Positions 63,827 to 64,000 of a stretch of 64,000 nt of DNA are shown here, piece by piece. Position 1 is the first letter of the stretch. Each line of letters starts with the position of its first letter. The notes under the pieces were generated by a model. The model ran no database searches. It worked only from the letters and a program-made list of their open reading frames with translations, and was not told the DNA's origin. Made by a program: the position numbers and the translations under genes. The stretch is from Adineta vaga. Lineage: Eukaryota > Animalia > Rotifera. The DNA lies in the NCBI GenBank assembly GCA_021613535.1, contig CP075493.1, positions 18,042,001-18,106,000 on the forward strand, given 5' to 3'.

Positions 63827-64000
63827 TCATATTGTCTTTGATTAGATGATATCTGAATTCTTGAATTCACTTTTGTGAACGATTAAATAGCCTGATACAT
63901 TGACTTCAATAAATAGAATTACGCCAATAATTAGATGGATTGCTTCTATAATTAGATTGATTGCCCCCAAAAGGGGTAGGTGTGAGGCATATCACAATGG

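Larger units (their letters stand above)
60000..63900 (-). mobile_element. Athena/Terminon Penelope-like retroelement (endonuclease-deficient); ends approximate
   Basis: Coiled-coil ORF, frameshift-linked PLE RT without GIY-YIG, and a downstream hammerhead. Confidence 0.9.

Noticed and set aside
63970-63990. GGGGTAGGTGTGAGG as a telomeric cap of the Athena 5' end
   Set aside because: Too short and degenerate, and it lies at the window edge.

Overview
AT-rich eukaryotic DNA with short GT-AG introns. It is most likely a subtelomeric, TE-rich region of a bdelloid rotifer; this is inferred from the TGTGGG/TGAGGG telomeric repeats, an Athena/Terminon retroelement, ART-TPR and GPCR families, and bacterial-type genes. 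From left to right it holds: a non-autonomous Helitron; a frameshifted Helentron-type RepHel-endonuclease-OTU element; a small membrane-protein gene; a degenerate DEDDy-like ORF; a ~14.5 kb element bounded by long inverted repeats (17982-32450); the 3' end of a Terminon-like element (hammerhead ribozyme plus telomeric array); an intronless HSL-family hydrolase; a mariner remnant; an ART-TPR pseudogene; an intact hAT transposon with an 8-bp TSD; a DD37E Tc1-like remnant; a GPCR; a KUP K+ transporter pseudogene; two more small membrane-protein paralogs; and an Athena element (coiled-coil ORF, -1 frameshift, endonuclease-less RT, hammerhead). The main candidate for a new system is the inverted-repeat element. 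It combines a KDZ-type transposase, an apparently intact PrimPol, a DUF3987-like P-loop ATPase/helicase and a TatD-like protein, which suggests a DNA transposon carrying its own replication module. All family assignments come from motifs recognised by eye; no database search was run.
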